This document shows, piece by piece, positions 1 through 11,781 of a stretch of DNA of 46,940 nucleotides. How positions within the stretch are numbered: position 1 is the first letter of the stretch; each line of letters begins with the position of its first letter. A program made the position numbers and the translations under genes. A model generated the notes under the pieces. It was not told the origin of the DNA. It saw only the letters and a program-made list of their open reading frames with translations, and did no database searches. The DNA comes from an uncultured Succinatimonas sp. Lineage in GTDB: Bacteria > Pseudomonadota > Gammaproteobacteria > Enterobacterales > Succinivibrionaceae. The stretch is taken from contig ONCB01000001.1 in the NCBI GenBank assembly GCA_900316175.1, positions 1-46,940 of the forward strand, written 5' to 3'.

Positions 1-30
1 GTGGAGAGCTAGAGTAACCTCTTGGAAATG

Positions 31-55
31 CAAAGCCCCACTCTGTGGGGCTTTG
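31..55. terminator. Inverted-repeat hairpin, probable intrinsic terminator
   Basis: CAAAGCCCCAC-tct-GTGGGGCTTTG, a perfect 11-bp stem downstream of csrA. A + strand gene may end at TAG 10-12. Confidence 0.7.
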
Positions 56-109
56 ATCTCGGACTTTCTCATGTGACATAAAAAATGTGAAAATCCGAGA
101 AATAAATGG

Positions 110-298
110 TTAGCTTCTGTCTTCAAAATATGGTGAAGAGGTCTTTTTTTTCTGATCGGAAGCTACTCTCTTAATCTCTACAGACTGAGGAGCATCTATA
201 CCTAATCTGACCTTTCCTCCTTTTACAGACAGCACTGATACAGTAATACCACTACCGAGCTGAATCTTATCCCCAACCTTTTGTGATATTACTAACAT
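110..298 (-). CDS. csrA: Carbon storage regulator CsrA/RsmA (divergent)
   Basis: 62 aa with the MLVIS..VGD.I..G..ITVSVL...G.KVRLGIDAP..V.I.R pattern; lies directly after alaS as in gammaproteobacteria. Confidence 0.85.
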   Translation of the reverse strand: MLVISQKVGDKIQLGSGITVSVLSVKGGKVRLGIDAPQSVEIKRVASDQKKKTSSPYFEDRS

Positions 299-302
299 AG
301 GC

Positions 303-2936
303 TTATACGCGCTCGCTTACAAAGGCATTTACAGCTGCTAATGCCTTATCAAGGTTAGCTGCATCGGTACCGCCGGCCTGAGCCATATCTGGACGGCCAC
401 CGCCTTTACCGCCAACGTATGAAGCGATTTCACGGATTAAGTCACCAGCCTTAACCTTTGCTACGAGATCTTTTGATACTGCAGCAATCAGATTTACCTT
501 GCCGTCTTCGGTTGCAGAACCTAAAACAACAACTACGCTTGGCATACGTGACTTTAAGTTGTCCACTGCTACACGAAGTTCTTTAGAACCGTAGTTCTCA
601 ATCTTCTGAGCAATAACAGGAACACCCTTAACATCTACAGCCTTTGAAGTTAAAGCAGCACACTCGAGTGCAACAATCTTCTCCTTTAACGCCTCATTCT
701 CCTTCTCAAGAGACTTGGCGTGATCAAGCATTGCTTCAGCCTTTGATGCGATGGTTGCGTTGCCGCCAACCTTCATTAAAGACTTGGCATCAGCAACTTC
801 AGAGAATACAGAGTTTAAGTACTCAACTGCAGCACCACCAACTAATGCCTCAACACGACGAACGCCTGATGCGATTGACTCATCAGAGAGCAGTACGAAA
901 GCACCGATATCACCGGTAGCGCAAGCGTGGGTACCACCACATAATTCCTTGGAGAAATCACCCATTGAAACTACGCGAACCTTCTCTTCGTACTTCTCAT
1001 CGAATAATGCGATAGCACCAGACTTCTTAGCCTCATCAAGATCCATAATGTCGGTTACGATCTTGTTGTTAAGTCTGATCTGCTCATTTACAAGAGCGGT
1101 TACAGCCTGCTTTTCAGCCTGAGTTAAAGGCTGTGAGTGTGAGTAGTCAAAGCGAAGTCTGTCGTTTGCTACATAAGAACCCTTCTGAGCAACACTGTCA
1201 CCTACAACTGCCTTTAAGGCTGAGTCTAAAAGATGAGTTGCTGAGTGGTGTCTTGCAATGTCAGCACGGTTAGCCTTATCAACAGCAGCAGTTACAGCTG
1301 CATCCTTTTCAAACTGGCCGATATCAACTCGACCTACATGGATGGTAGCCTTGCCGACATGCTTGGTATCCTCAACAATGAAACGTGAGCTTTCAGAAAT
1401 GGTAATAATACCCTTATCACCAATCTGACCACCCATCTCGCCATAGAAAGGAGTCTTATCAAGAACAATTACAGCCTTCTCATCAGTTGCAATTGCATCT
1501 ACCTCAACGCCATCCTTGAAGATGTGAGTAATCTTTGAATCAGAAACTAAAGTGTCGTAACCTAAGAATTCAGTATTCTCAGTGATCTTTAATTCCTTGT
1601 TGTAATCAATACCGAAGGTGGATGACTGCTTGGCACGGGCTCTCTGCTCAGCCATGCACTTGTCAAAACCTTCCATATCAACAACGTAACCGCGGTCACG
1701 TACAACGTCCTGAGTTAAATCTGCAGGGAAACCGTAGGTATCGTAAAGCTTGAAGGCTACATCGCCAGGGAAAGTCTTTGAGTCGCCTAACTTAACTAAT
1801 TCACCCTCTAACAGAGCCAAACCTCTGTCAAGAGTATTTAAGAACTGCTCTTCTTCCTTCTTTAAGGTGCGCTCAACCAGAGCCTGCTGAGATACAAGCT
1901 CAGGGTATGCATTGCCCATAAGCTCAGCAAGTTTTGCAACGAGCTTGTAGAAGAATACATCCTTAGCGCCTAACAGACGGCCGTGACGAACAGCACGGCG
2001 GATGATACGACGAAGAACATAGCCACGACCTTCATTTGAAGGAAGTACGCCATCTGCAATTAAGAATGAGCATGAACGGATATGATCTGCAATTACGCGT
2101 AATGACTTGTCTGTTAAATCAGTTACGTTAAGAATTGATGCGGTTTCTTTAATCAGGTTGGTGAACAGGTCAATTTCATAGTTTGAGTGAACACCCTGAA
2201 GAACTGCAGAAATACGCTCTAAACCCATACCGTTGTCGATCATAGGCTTTGCAAGTTTCTCAAAGGTACCATCAATCTTGCGGTTGTACTGCATGAACAC
2301 GATATTCCAGATTTCGATGAAACGATCACCGTCTTCATCTGGTGAGCCTGGAGGGCCACCCTGAACTTCTTCGCCGTGATCATAGAAAATTTCTGAACAT
2401 GGACCGCATGGACCGGTATCACCCATCTGCCAGAAGTTGTCTGACTCGTAAAGGCCACCCTTGTTGTCGCCGATACGTACAATCTTGTTCTCAGGAAGTC
2501 CTACAATATCCTTCCAGATGCTGTATGCTTCGTCATCCTTGTCGTATACAGTTACCATTAAAGATTCCTTTGGTAACTTGAATACTTCAGTCAGCAGCTC
2601 CCAGGCATAGGTGATTGCTTCTTTCTTGAAATAATCACCAAATGAGAAGTTGCCTAACATTTCAAAGAAAGTGTGGTGACGAGCTGTATAGCCTACATTA
2701 TCTAAATCGTTCTGCTTACCGCCGGCACGAACACACTTCTGAGATGTGGTAGCGCGCAGATAATCACGCTTTTCCTTGCCAAGATAAATATCTTTAAACT
2801 GATTCATACCTGCATTGGTAAAAAGCAGAGTAGGATCATTGTATGGAACTAAAGAGCTTGAACGGACGATAGTATGACCGTGATCTTCGAAGAATTTCAG
2901 ATACGCTGTGCGAATCTCATCTGTTGTCATGAACAT
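303..2936 (-). CDS. alaS: Alanine--tRNA ligase
   Basis: [36 protein letters not shown], editing motifs HSATH and ELCGGTH, C-terminal [15 protein letters not shown]. Start may be the second Met (2930). Confidence 0.99.
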   Translation of the reverse strand: MFMTTDEIRTAYLKFFEDHGHTIVRSSSLVPYNDPTLLFTNAGMNQFKDIYLGKEKRDYLRATTSQKCVRAGGKQNDLDNVGYTARHHTFFEMLGNFSFGDYFKKEAITYAWELLTEVFKLPKESLMVTVYDKDDEAYSIWKDIVGLPENKIVRIGDNKGGLYESDNFWQMGDTGPCGPCSEIFYDHGEEVQGGPPGSPDEDGDRFIEIWNIVFMQYNRKIDGTFEKLAKPMIDNGMGLERISAVLQGVHSNYEIDLFTNLIKETASILNVTDLTDKSLRVIADHIRSCSFLIADGVLPSNEGRGYVLRRIIRRAVRHGRLLGAKDVFFYKLVAKLAELMGNAYPELVSQQALVERTLKKEEEQFLNTLDRGLALLEGELVKLGDSKTFPGDVAFKLYDTYGFPADLTQDVVRDRGYVVDMEGFDKCMAEQRARAKQSSTFGIDYNKELKITENTEFLGYDTLVSDSKITHIFKDGVEVDAIATDEKAVIVLDKTPFYGEMGGQIGDKGIITISESSRFIVEDTKHVGKATIHVGRVDIGQFEKDAAVTAAVDKANRADIARHHSATHLLDSALKAVVGDSVAQKGSYVANDRLRFDYSHSQPLTQAEKQAVTALVNEQIRLNNKIVTDIMDLDEAKKSGAIALFDEKYEEKVRVVSMGDFSKELCGGTHACATGDIGAFVLLSDESIASGVRRVEALVGGAAVEYLNSVFSEVADAKSLMKVGGNATIASKAEAMLDHAKSLEKENEALKEKIVALECAALTSKAVDVKGVPVIAQKIENYGSKELRVAVDNLKSRMPSVVVVLGSATEDGKVNLIAAVSKDLVAKVKAGDLIREIASYVGGKGGGRPDMAQAGGTDAANLDKALAAVNAFVSERV

Positions 2937-3132
2937 ATATTCTGGATCCTAATAAAAACGATTCACTAATAAGGTGAGATTATACATTGTTTTGACCCTT
3001 TTATCTCAATATTGAAAAAATTGGATCAACAGAAAAATTCCAATTATACGTAATATAAAATCAATACTGCTTAAAACACATTTTTTTAAACACGTAAAAT
3101 CAGATTTTAAGAATGTACAGGCTTTTTTACAC

Positions 3133-3618
3133 TTAATCTTCAGAAAATGAAGCGGATGCGGTTTTCAGAGCTTCAAGACAGTCAGAATTGGAAAAACCGC
3201 GTCTTGCAACTGAAGACAAAAGCTTCTGCCTGTCTTCAAAACTCATGTTTTTAATACTCTCTGAGGCCTTCTTTTTTATAAAAGATGCAGCCACCTCACA
3301 CCAGTTGGTCTCATCAATATACTGCTGATAGAATTCTGGCTTTACACCTTTTACCATCATCTGCATAGCGATTTTTTTAGGACCATACAGAGAATTTTTA
3401 AGATGGTTAAACAGCATCTGAGCATAGCGTTCTTCTGATTGCCAGTTTTCTTCTATGCATTTTTTTAAAGCCTGTCTGGCAGCCTCTTTTGTATATCTCT
3501 CAAGGAGCTTGTTGTATAGCTCCAGTTTTGAGTATTCGCGGCGGGTTAAAATGCGCAGTGCCGCATTTAGTGCGGCAGCTGCATCATCGCTTTTAGGTTT
3601 GGTCCTGCGGACAAACAT
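3133..3618 (-). CDS. recX: Regulatory protein RecX
   Basis: ALRILTRREYSKLEL, YGPKKI, RRGFS motifs; directly downstream of recA. Confidence 0.92.
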   Translation of the reverse strand: MFVRRTKPKSDDAAAALNAALRILTRREYSKLELYNKLLERYTKEAARQALKKCIEENWQSEERYAQMLFNHLKNSLYGPKKIAMQMMVKGVKPEFYQQYIDETNWCEVAASFIKKKASESIKNMSFEDRQKLLSSVARRGFSNSDCLEALKTASASFSED

Positions 3619-3629
3619 ACGGATACTGA

Positions 3630-4796
3630 TTAGATATCGTCAGGAATTGGAGTAATCAGATCGCTTTCTGACAGATCTGCGCCTAAAGCATCAAGATCAT
3701 CACCCTGTGAGCTTACTTCATCACCAATTGAAGCGGTATCTTCGTAATCGTTGTTGTTCTTGTAGTACTCACGGATTTTCTGCTCAATCTCGTCAGCTAC
3801 CTCTGGATTCTCATCAAGGAACTTCATGGCATTTACCTTGCCCTGACCAATCTTCTGACCATTGTAGGCAAACCAGGCACCTGTCTTGGCAATAATCTTG
3901 GCGTTAACGCCTAAATCAAGAAGTTCACCATTCTTGGCAATACCATAGTTGAAGAGGATCTGGAAGTTAGCTGTCTTGAATGGAGGGGCAACCTTGTTCT
4001 TGACAACCTTAACCTTGGTCTCATTACCAATTGCCTCTTCCTTATCCTTTAAAACGTTGCTCTTACGGATATCCAGTCTTACAGAAGCATAGTACTTTAA
4101 GGCGTTACCACCAGTTGTGGTCTCTGGGTTTCCAAACATCACTCCAATCTTCATACGAAGCTGGTTGATGAATACAACCATACAGTTTGCCTGCTTTACA
4201 ATACCAGTAAGCTTACGCAGAGCCTGAGACATCAGACGAGCCTGTAAACCTACGTGATTGTCTCCCATTTCACCTTCAATTTCAGCCTTTGGCACCAGAG
4301 CGGCTACAGAGTCAATGATAACCACATCAATACCGCCAGAACGAACCAGAGTCTCACAGATTTCAAGGGCCTGTTCACCGGTATCAGGCTGAGAGATAAA
4401 TACATCCTCAACCTTGACTCCAAGCTTCTTGGCATAGATAGGATCTAATGCATGCTCAGCATCAATAAAGGCGCACACTTTGCCCTTCTTCTGAGCCTGA
4501 GCAATCAACTCTAAGGTTAAGGTAGTCTTACCTGAAGACTCAGGACCGTAGATTTCAACGATTCTTCCCATTGGAAGACCGCCAACGCCTAATGCAATAT
4601 CAAGAGAAAGCGAACCGGTTGGAATAGCTTCAATGTCCATAAGCTCACTCTGTCCAAGTCGCATGATTGCACCTTTACCAAACTGGCGCTCAATCTGCTC
4701 CATTGCAGCTTCTAGAGCTTTCTGCTTCTTAGGATCTTTTGTAATATTTGATACCAGCTTTGCTGATGATGAGGCTGTTTCTTTTGCTGCGGCCAT
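3630..4796 (-). CDS. recA: Recombinase RecA
   Basis: GPESSGKTT Walker [32 protein letters not shown]. Start moved to ATG 4796 because the GGAG upstream is the SD. Confidence 0.99.
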   Translation of the reverse strand: MAAAKETASSSAKLVSNITKDPKKQKALEAAMEQIERQFGKGAIMRLGQSELMDIEAIPTGSLSLDIALGVGGLPMGRIVEIYGPESSGKTTLTLELIAQAQKKGKVCAFIDAEHALDPIYAKKLGVKVEDVFISQPDTGEQALEICETLVRSGGIDVVIIDSVAALVPKAEIEGEMGDNHVGLQARLMSQALRKLTGIVKQANCMVVFINQLRMKIGVMFGNPETTTGGNALKYYASVRLDIRKSNVLKDKEEAIGNETKVKVVKNKVAPPFKTANFQILFNYGIAKNGELLDLGVNAKIIAKTGAWFAYNGQKIGQGKVNAMKFLDENPEVADEIEQKIREYYKNNNDYEDTASIGDEVSSQGDDLDALGADLSESDLITPIPDDI

Positions 4797-4832
4797 GGTT
4801 ATCTCCAATAAAATTATCTTTACCTGATATGT

Positions 4833-4861
4833 ATAATATTTATTCTATATATTATTGTCAA
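4833..4861 (-). promoter_or_regulatory. Sigma70-type promoter of recA-recX
   Basis: Minus strand reads TTGACA-N17-TATTAT, 36 nt upstream of the recA ATG. Confidence 0.7.
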
Positions 4862-5018
4862 TAATTATTTAATATATTTTTTATATTGATAAATTACACA
4901 TAACAAAATACGAGTTAAAGATTTAAAAAATTTTTTCCATTATAATATGACAACTAACAATCATGTTTAAAAACCGGATCTTTTTACCCTGTTACTTGAA
5001 AAAAATTTGAGAAAGCTC

Positions 5019-7580
5019 ATGTCTGACAGATTTGATAATGCTACACCAATGATGCGCCAGTACCTTGAAATCAAGGCCCAGTATCCTGATACCCTGGTAC
5101 TTTACCGTTTAGGTGACTTCTATGAGCTTTTTTATGAAGATGCCATAAAGATTGCAAAGCTTCTTGATTTAACCTTAACAAGACGCGGCACCAATAATGG
5201 CGAACCAATTCCTATGGCTGGTGTTCCATTCCACGCTGTAGACAACTACATTGCCCGTCTTATTAAAATGGGCGAATCCTGTGTTATCTGTGAACAGATT
5301 GGCACTCCAGGTGCACAGAAGACCATGGTTCGCAAAGTCTCTAAAATTGTAACCCCCGGCACCGTAACAGATGAAGGTATAGCCCCTGACAGACAGGACA
5401 ACATCATTGCCAGCATCTTTAAAGGTAAAAAGAATTATGGCCTTTCATATCTGAGCCTTGGCTCTGGTCTTTTCAAAACAGCTGTCTGCCCTGATTTAAA
5501 TTCATTAAAACTCTATACAGACAGAGTCAGTCCGATCGAAATTGTGTATCCTGAGAATTTAAAGGAAATTTCATGTTTTGAAGATATTTGTTCAAAAAAG
5601 GCCCTGCCTTCATGGAATTTTGAGTTTGAAAGCTGCTACCGTCTATTATGCTCGCAGTTTTCAACTAACAGTCTTTTTGGCTTTGACGTTGAAGATCTTG
5701 AAGATGGTATCTGCGCCTCAGGAGCTCTTTTAACTTATGTCAGACAGACGCAGAATGTCTCTTTAACTCATATCAGAAACATCAGCAGAGATGACTGTTC
5801 ACTAAGCGTAATTCTGGATAAATGCGCCTTAAGAAATCTCGAGCTTTTAAGTAATTTAAGAGGCGAAAAATCAGGATCTCTGTTAAGTGTTCTTGATTAT
5901 GCCAAAACCCCGATGGGACAGCGACTTTTAAGAAATCTCATCGTAAATCCATTAAGAGACAACGCTAGACTTAAAAACCGTCTTGATGTGGTTGAAGCCT
6001 TAACAGAACATGACAGAGACGAACTTCTGTCGTACCTTGACAGTATTGGTGATATCGAGCGTATCGTTGCAAGAATTGGTCTTAGTTCAGCCAAGCCAAA
6101 AGATCTGGCTGTGTTAAGAGATTCTCTTTTAATTGTTCCAAAAATCAAAGAGAACCTTATAAAATCCGATAAACAGATTTTAAAGAAACTCTCTGACAGA
6201 ATTGAATCTCTTGATGATATCAAGACTCTTCTTATAAGAGCTGTTTTACCTTCCCCCTCCACATTCTTAAGAGACGGTAATGTAATTGCCGGAGGCTTTA
6301 ACAGTGAGCTTGACTCTTTAAGAGAGCTGATGAATGGCTCAGAAAAGCTTTTAAGCGATATTGAAGAAAGAGAAAAAGCTGCAACCGGTATTCCAACCTT
6401 AAAAGTCAACTTCAACTCAGTTCACGGCTTCTACATCGAAGTGTCAAAAGCCCAGGCTGACAAGGTTCCTGCAACCTATATCAGACGACAGACATTAAAG
6501 AACAATGAACGCTACATTACACCAGAGTTAAAGGAGCTTGAAGAAAAAGCACTGTCAGCAAAAGACAGAGCCTTAGCTTTGGAAGAGGAAATCTTCAACA
6601 CTCTTATAAATACCCTGCAAAATCAGATTGATTCACTGTCAAAGCTTGCATCAAATCTTGCAATGACTGATGTTCTGTCAACTTTTGCATCCATAGCATC
6701 AGACAGAAATTATGTAAGACCAGTTCTTTCAGACAGAAAAGAAATAGTCATTGAAGAAGGCCGCCATCCTGTTATAGAAACATTAACAGACAAAGCCTTC
6801 GTTTCAAACTCAATTTCACTTGATAAAAAACGCATGCTGGTAATTACAGGTCCTAATATGGGAGGTAAATCTACCTATATGCGTCAATGCGCCTTAATCT
6901 GCATTCTTGCGCGAATTGGCTCATTTGTGCCAGCAAAGAGTGCCGTAATTGGAGATATTGACAGAATCTTTACCAGAATCGGAGCGTCAGATGATTTAGC
7001 TTCAGGACGTTCAACATTTATGGTTGAAATGGAAGAGGCTGCCTCAATTATCAATAACGCCAAAGAAAATTCTCTTGTGCTTATGGATGAGATCGGCAGA
7101 GGCACATCTACCTACGAAGGATGCGCCCTGGCTCTTGCTATTGCAGAGCATATGTGCACAGACGTAAACAGCTTTACCCTATTCTCTACACATTATCCTG
7201 AGATTGCCTCTCTGTCTTCAAAATACGAATCGATTGAAAATATCTGCTTTAAGGCTAAAGAATTAAATGGACAGATTGCCTTTATGTACCAGGCAATCAG
7301 AGGTTCACAGAACTATTCTTATGCAGTTGAGGTAGGTCAGAAAGCAGGTCTGCCTCTTAACATCATCTCAAAAGCCAAGCATTACATCGAAAATATGGAG
7401 CATTTAAGCTCAAATGTAACTGCAAAGAACCTTAAAAACGAGGATGTACAAAAGGAAGATACTGTCATTTATAAGGAAAAGGACAGTGAGATTGAAAAGA
7501 TAATTTCAAATACTGAGGTTAACAGTCTGACGCCAATTGAAGCTCTGGTACTTCTGTCTAAATTAAAAGAAATGCTGTAA
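5019..7580 (+). CDS. mutS: DNA mismatch repair protein MutS
   Basis: [48 protein letters not shown] 5019 preferred over TTG 5007. Confidence 0.99.
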   Translation: MSDRFDNATPMMRQYLEIKAQYPDTLVLYRLGDFYELFYEDAIKIAKLLDLTLTRRGTNNGEPIPMAGVPFHAVDNYIARLIKMGESCVICEQIGTPGAQKTMVRKVSKIVTPGTVTDEGIAPDRQDNIIASIFKGKKNYGLSYLSLGSGLFKTAVCPDLNSLKLYTDRVSPIEIVYPENLKEISCFEDICSKKALPSWNFEFESCYRLLCSQFSTNSLFGFDVEDLEDGICASGALLTYVRQTQNVSLTHIRNISRDDCSLSVILDKCALRNLELLSNLRGEKSGSLLSVLDYAKTPMGQRLLRNLIVNPLRDNARLKNRLDVVEALTEHDRDELLSYLDSIGDIERIVARIGLSSAKPKDLAVLRDSLLIVPKIKENLIKSDKQILKKLSDRIESLDDIKTLLIRAVLPSPSTFLRDGNVIAGGFNSELDSLRELMNGSEKLLSDIEEREKAATGIPTLKVNFNSVHGFYIEVSKAQADKVPATYIRRQTLKNNERYITPELKELEEKALSAKDRALALEEEIFNTLINTLQNQIDSLSKLASNLAMTDVLSTFASIASDRNYVRPVLSDRKEIVIEEGRHPVIETLTDKAFVSNSISLDKKRMLVITGPNMGGKSTYMRQCALICILARIGSFVPAKSAVIGDIDRIFTRIGASDDLASGRSTFMVEMEEAASIINNAKENSLVLMDEIGRGTSTYEGCALALAIAEHMCTDVNSFTLFSTHYPEIASLSSKYESIENICFKAKELNGQIAFMYQAIRGSQNYSYAVEVGQKAGLPLNIISKAKHYIENMEHLSSNVTAKNLKNEDVQKEDTVIYKEKDSEIEKIISNTEVNSLTPIEALVLLSKLKEML

Positions 7581-7585
7581 AAACA

Positions 7586-7616
7586 ACAGGGCCTGACATC
7601 TGATGTCAGGCCCTGT
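7586..7616. terminator. Perfect 15-bp inverted repeat between convergent mutS and rpoS
   Basis: ACAGGGCCTGACATC-t-GATGTCAGGCCCTGT; on the minus strand it is followed by TGTTTTT. Confidence 0.8.
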
Positions 7617-7636
7617 CAGTTCGTTAAAGATATTTC

Positions 7637-8611
7637 TTAATTTCCGTGAGGAATTGAAATGGTTGACTTATCGATGCCGTATGACTCGAAGGTCTTTCTC
7701 AAGCTCTTTAAAACCTCACTCTGGATCTGACGGACACGTTCACGGGTCAGATTAATCTTCTGACCTACATCCTCTAAGGTTAAAACCTCTTCATCATTCA
7801 GACCGAAACGGTATAAAACCACCATCTGCTGCTTTTCTGGAAGAGAATTAAACCAGTTGCGCACAATCTCAACAATTTCACGCTTGTCCACGTTCTCAAA
7901 AGGAGTCTCAAGCTTGGTATCAGGAACAACATCAAGTAAAGAAACTTCCTTATCGTCCTCGCTGCCGCGAACACTTACATCAAGAGGTGTTGTGCCCTCA
8001 AGCAGGGATAAAAGATTTCTTACCTGATCCGGATCTTTACCTGAAATGTCTGCAATATCCTGAATTGAAACAGGCTTTGTGATGTCTTTTTCCTGAAGAG
8101 ATCTCTTAATCTTTAAAAGAATGTTAATCTCTTTAATTACATGAACTGGCAGTCTGACCAGACGAGACTGACACATGATAGCCTGCTCGATAGCCTGTCT
8201 TATCCACCAGGTTGCGTATGTTGAAAAACGGAAACCTCTGTCTGGTTCGAACTTCTGTACGGCGTGAATCAAACCTAAATTGCCTTCCTCAATCAGATCA
8301 AGCAGAGGAACTCCGCGTGCTCGGTAGTTCTTGGCAATCTTTACCACAAGACGAAGATTTGAGGTGATCATAAGATCGATAGAACGGCGATCACCTGCAC
8401 GAGCCTTCTTGCCAACTTCTGTTTCCTGCTCAGAGGATAACAGAGGATACTTGCGGATAGAGCTGAAATAGCTTGAAAGCAGATCTGCATTGTCAGCACG
8501 CTTTGACAGGCTGTCATTCTGATCTGAATCTTTGTCCAGTACCTGAACTGAGGCTACTGCATCCTCAAAATTCTGATCACTTAATTCAACTTCATCGGTG
8601 GTATTACTCAT
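7637..8611 (-). CDS. rpoS: RNA polymerase sigma factor RpoS
   Basis: [46 protein letters not shown]; nlpD-rpoS-mutS synteny. Confidence 0.93.
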   Translation of the reverse strand: MSNTTDEVELSDQNFEDAVASVQVLDKDSDQNDSLSKRADNADLLSSYFSSIRKYPLLSSEQETEVGKKARAGDRRSIDLMITSNLRLVVKIAKNYRARGVPLLDLIEEGNLGLIHAVQKFEPDRGFRFSTYATWWIRQAIEQAIMCQSRLVRLPVHVIKEINILLKIKRSLQEKDITKPVSIQDIADISGKDPDQVRNLLSLLEGTTPLDVSVRGSEDDKEVSLLDVVPDTKLETPFENVDKREIVEIVRNWFNSLPEKQQMVVLYRFGLNDEEVLTLEDVGQKINLTRERVRQIQSEVLKSLRKTFESYGIDKSTISIPHGN

Positions 8612-8678
8612 TATGATGATCCTTACGAGTTTGTCTGATGTTTTTTATGTCATCAGATTTCTCTGATGACTTATATTA

Positions 8679-9857
8679 TTATGGAAGATACTTTCTTGGG
8701 TTTACGGAATTACCTTTGTATCGGATCTCAAAATGCAGCTTTACTCTGTCTGCATCAGTTGAACCCATACGGGCAATTACCTGACCTTTCTTTACCTTCT
8801 GTCCTTCCTTAACCAGAAGCACATCATTGTGTGCATAGGCAGAAAGGTATTCATTATTATGATTGATAATCACAAGATTACCGTAGCCACGCAGTGCATT
8901 ACCAGAATATACAACCTGGCCTTCTGCTGAAGCATTGACATTCTGGCCACGAGAACCTGCTATGTCGATACCTTTGTTATCATTGGAAAAACCTTTAATA
9001 ACAGAACCCTTGGCAGGCCACATCCAGGAAATACCTGCAACCTTGGCACTCTTGCCTGAAACCACCTTAACAGGTGCCTGATTATCAATTACAGCTTTAG
9101 CAGTCTCAGTAGTGTTTACTGTTTCAGTTTTTCCTGCAACGGGAACTGTCTTAGGTTGTGAGCTTTGACCATTATTCTTTTTAATATTGTTATTCACATA
9201 GAGTTTTTGACCCTTGTATAAAGAATAAGGCTTCTTAAGGCTGTTTAATGAAACCAGCTGGGATAAGGTTAAATTATGGGTACGGGCAACTGATACAGCT
9301 GTATCACCAGCTTTAACGATGTATATGCCGTCCTGCAGCTCTGATACCTTCTTAACTTCAGGAGTCTTAGCTGCTTGCTGTTTATCAGAAACCGCTATAG
9401 GTGCCTTTGCATTATTCAGGTAAATGGTCTGGCCAACACTGATTGAATAAGGGGATTGAATACCGTTTTCTTTTGCTAATACTCTGTAATCTTTTCCATA
9501 GCGGAAAGCAATAGAATAAAGAGTGTCTCCAGCCTTTACCTGATATGAATCAGGTGTTCTGCCCTGAACAATTACTGCAGATCCATTGTCATCTGGAACA
9601 TAAGGCTTTACCACATGGGAAGTATTACTTTTGGCTAATTCTTCATCAGGAATATATGGTTTAATGGTGCCTGCGGTGGTTGCAGTTAAAGTTGAAGCTG
9701 AATTGTATCTTGAAGAAACATTCTTACTTACATGAACTGGTGCTATGTTTTCTACTGGAGCCGGATTTGCTCGTTTTGCAGTCTGAGATGTAGTGCTGCA
9801 GCCTGCAATTGCAACTAGAGCAGAACCTAATAATAGAGTAAATGCCTTTAATTTCAT
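8679..9857 (-). CDS. nlpD: Lipoprotein NlpD (2x LysM + M23-like domain)
   Basis: Lipobox IAGC, two LysM repeats (YQVKAGDTLYSIA, YIVKAGDT), WPAKG...KGIDI...YAHN...LHFEIR. Confidence 0.93.
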   Translation of the reverse strand: MKLKAFTLLLGSALVAIAGCSTTSQTAKRANPAPVENIAPVHVSKNVSSRYNSASTLTATTAGTIKPYIPDEELAKSNTSHVVKPYVPDDNGSAVIVQGRTPDSYQVKAGDTLYSIAFRYGKDYRVLAKENGIQSPYSISVGQTIYLNNAKAPIAVSDKQQAAKTPEVKKVSELQDGIYIVKAGDTAVSVARTHNLTLSQLVSLNSLKKPYSLYKGQKLYVNNNIKKNNGQSSQPKTVPVAGKTETVNTTETAKAVIDNQAPVKVVSGKSAKVAGISWMWPAKGSVIKGFSNDNKGIDIAGSRGQNVNASAEGQVVYSGNALRGYGNLVIINHNNEYLSAYAHNDVLLVKEGQKVKKGQVIARMGSTDADRVKLHFEIRYKGNSVNPRKYLP

Positions 9858-9958
9858 CTTTGCTTAATATTTTTCTTTCTGATTACTTAAACTGAGTTCT
9901 TTAATTTTTTTAATACACAATATTTTTACATAACTTTATGTATAAAAACAGATTTTAA

Positions 9959-10582
9959 TTAGGCAATTATTTTATATACGACAAAAATCACAAACACAAT
10001 GACTATTGCCCAGCCAATGCGGTCGATATATTTTGAAATTGCTTTTTCCATCTTTTCGCCGCCTAAGTAGATTACCAGCGCTTCAAGATAGAAACGAAGT
10101 CCGCGTCCGACTAAAGAAACCAGTACAAAGATAAGCACGGATAAAGATCCGCTTGTCCCTGATGCTAAAACGCTTTCACAAGCTACAAGTCCCGTAGTTA
10201 CGGCAATTACCTTGTAAGGAACAGGGGTAAAAGCTCCGATAAAGACCATCAGAATTCCAAATTCACCGGTTAGCCATGAACGAACCACTTCCATATGATG
10301 CTCATAATGGAAAAAGGCAATGGCTCTTGCAACGTATGGATCATAAAGGTAGTACCCCAGATAATAGCCTACAATGGCGCCTAACACTGAAGTTACAACA
10401 GTTAAGGCTGCATAGTAGAATGCCCTGTTTCGCTTGCTTACACACATTGGCAACAGCATCACATCTGCAGGGATCGGCCAGAAGATGGACTCGCAAAATG
10501 AATTAAGGCACATAAAGGAAGTTGCCAGACGATGATTTGTAAGCCTGATGCAGTATTCGTAGATTTTAGAAAAGATCTTCAT
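9959..10582 (-). CDS. yqaA: YqaA/DedA-family membrane protein
   Basis: ESIFWPIPADVML, FTPVPYKV, GRGLRFY motifs; upstream of nlpD. Confidence 0.85.
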   Translation of the reverse strand: MKIFSKIYEYCIRLTNHRLATSFMCLNSFCESIFWPIPADVMLLPMCVSKRNRAFYYAALTVVTSVLGAIVGYYLGYYLYDPYVARAIAFFHYEHHMEVVRSWLTGEFGILMVFIGAFTPVPYKVIAVTTGLVACESVLASGTSGSLSVLIFVLVSLVGRGLRFYLEALVIYLGGEKMEKAISKYIDRIGWAIVIVFVIFVVYKIIA

Positions 10583-10583
10583 G

Positions 10584-11060
10584 CTAAACCTTCTTCAAAA
10601 GAACAACAGACTCTACAGCAATACCTTCCTTTCTTCCGGTAAACCCTAATTTTTCTGTAGTGGTTGCCTTTATGGAAACGCAACCTAAATCAATTTCAAG
10701 ATCAGCTGCCACATTTTTCCTCATCTGTTCCTCATATGGAGCCATTTTTGGAGCCTGAGCCATAATTGTAGTATCCGAGTTTACAACCACATAGCCAAGC
10801 TCGTGTACTTTCTTTACCACATCGCGAAGCAGGATACGGCTGTCTATATTCTTGAATTTATCATCATTGTCAGGATAAAAATGTCCAATGTCTCCTAAGG
10901 CAAGAGCTCCTAAAAGGGCATCAGAAATGGCATGAAGGACCACATCACCATCAGAATGAGCAATCAGTCCCTGTTCGTAAGGCACCTTCACACCACCTAA
11001 GCAGCATGGACCTTCCCCACCAAATTTATGTACATCAAAACCATGACCGATTCTAAACAT
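10584..11060 (-). CDS. ispF: MEcDP synthase
   Basis: [32 protein letters not shown]. Confidence 0.98.
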   Translation of the reverse strand: MFRIGHGFDVHKFGGEGPCCLGGVKVPYEQGLIAHSDGDVVLHAISDALLGALALGDIGHFYPDNDDKFKNIDSRILLRDVVKKVHELGYVVVNSDTTIMAQAPKMAPYEEQMRKNVAADLEIDLGCVSIKATTTEKLGFTGRKEGIAVESVVLLKKV

Positions 11061-11091
11061 TTAATATCCTTAACAAATAAAACTCTAATCT

Positions 11092-11763
11092 CTATTCTTT
11101 GATGAGAAGTCTGGCCATATTCAGATCTTCTCTTGTGGTAAGCTTGAAGTTGTCTGCACTTCCTTCAACAATTTCAACAACAAAACCAGATAGTTCTAAA
11201 GCTGAAGCATCATCTGTGATGGCAAGATTGTTTTCAAAAGCATAATTTAATGACTGCTTTAAAAGATCAAGCCTGCAAAGCTGTGGAGTATAAGCTCTGA
11301 AAAGATTTTTACGAGGTACTGTTTTAACGATTTTTCCGTCTTCAACCAGCTTTATGGTGTCAGTTACGGCACAGGCTAAAATAGCTCCCTGGGTTTTTCC
11401 GTCAGCCTTTAAACAGAGCTTATCAAGATCTTCTTTTAAAATCAGAGGTCTGGCTGCATCATGGACCATAACATACTCGGTTGTGCACAGGGCAAGACAC
11501 TCTCTTACGGTATCTGAGCGTTCCTTGCCACCAGGACCTTTAATTACTCTTTGCCTGTCAAAATTGAGACTGTCAAAATACTCATCTGTATCAGATACAC
11601 CGACAATAATTCTGCCAACGCGCTCGCAGCGCATCAGAGCCTTTACTGTATGTTCTAACACTGTTGCAGAATGAATAAGAGCGTACTGCTTGGGAATGTT
11701 AAGCTGCATCCTTTTGCCGACACCGGCTGCAGGCACAACCACATCAATGAGGGAGCTTTGCAT
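11092..11763 (-). CDS. ispD: CDP-ME synthase
   Basis: PAAGVGKRM..PKQY, VHDAARP, TPQ, TDDAS, NFKLTT. Confidence 0.97.
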   Translation of the reverse strand: MQSSLIDVVVPAAGVGKRMQLNIPKQYALIHSATVLEHTVKALMRCERVGRIIVGVSDTDEYFDSLNFDRQRVIKGPGGKERSDTVRECLALCTTEYVMVHDAARPLILKEDLDKLCLKADGKTQGAILACAVTDTIKLVEDGKIVKTVPRKNLFRAYTPQLCRLDLLKQSLNYAFENNLAITDDASALELSGFVVEIVEGSADNFKLTTREDLNMARLLIKE

Positions 11764-11781
11764 GTGAGGCTCCTTGAAATG

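Noticed and set aside
1-109. tRNA-Ser/Arg normally found after csrA
   Set aside because: No cloverleaf, T-loop or CCA; only simple hairpins are present.
2218-2245. AlaS motif DNGMGLER instead of DTGMGLER
   Set aside because: A single substitution in an otherwise intact enzyme; no functional inference can be supported.
2979-3009. alaS promoter TTGAGA-N19-TATAAT
   Set aside because: The 19-nt spacer is suboptimal and such matches are common in AT-rich DNA.
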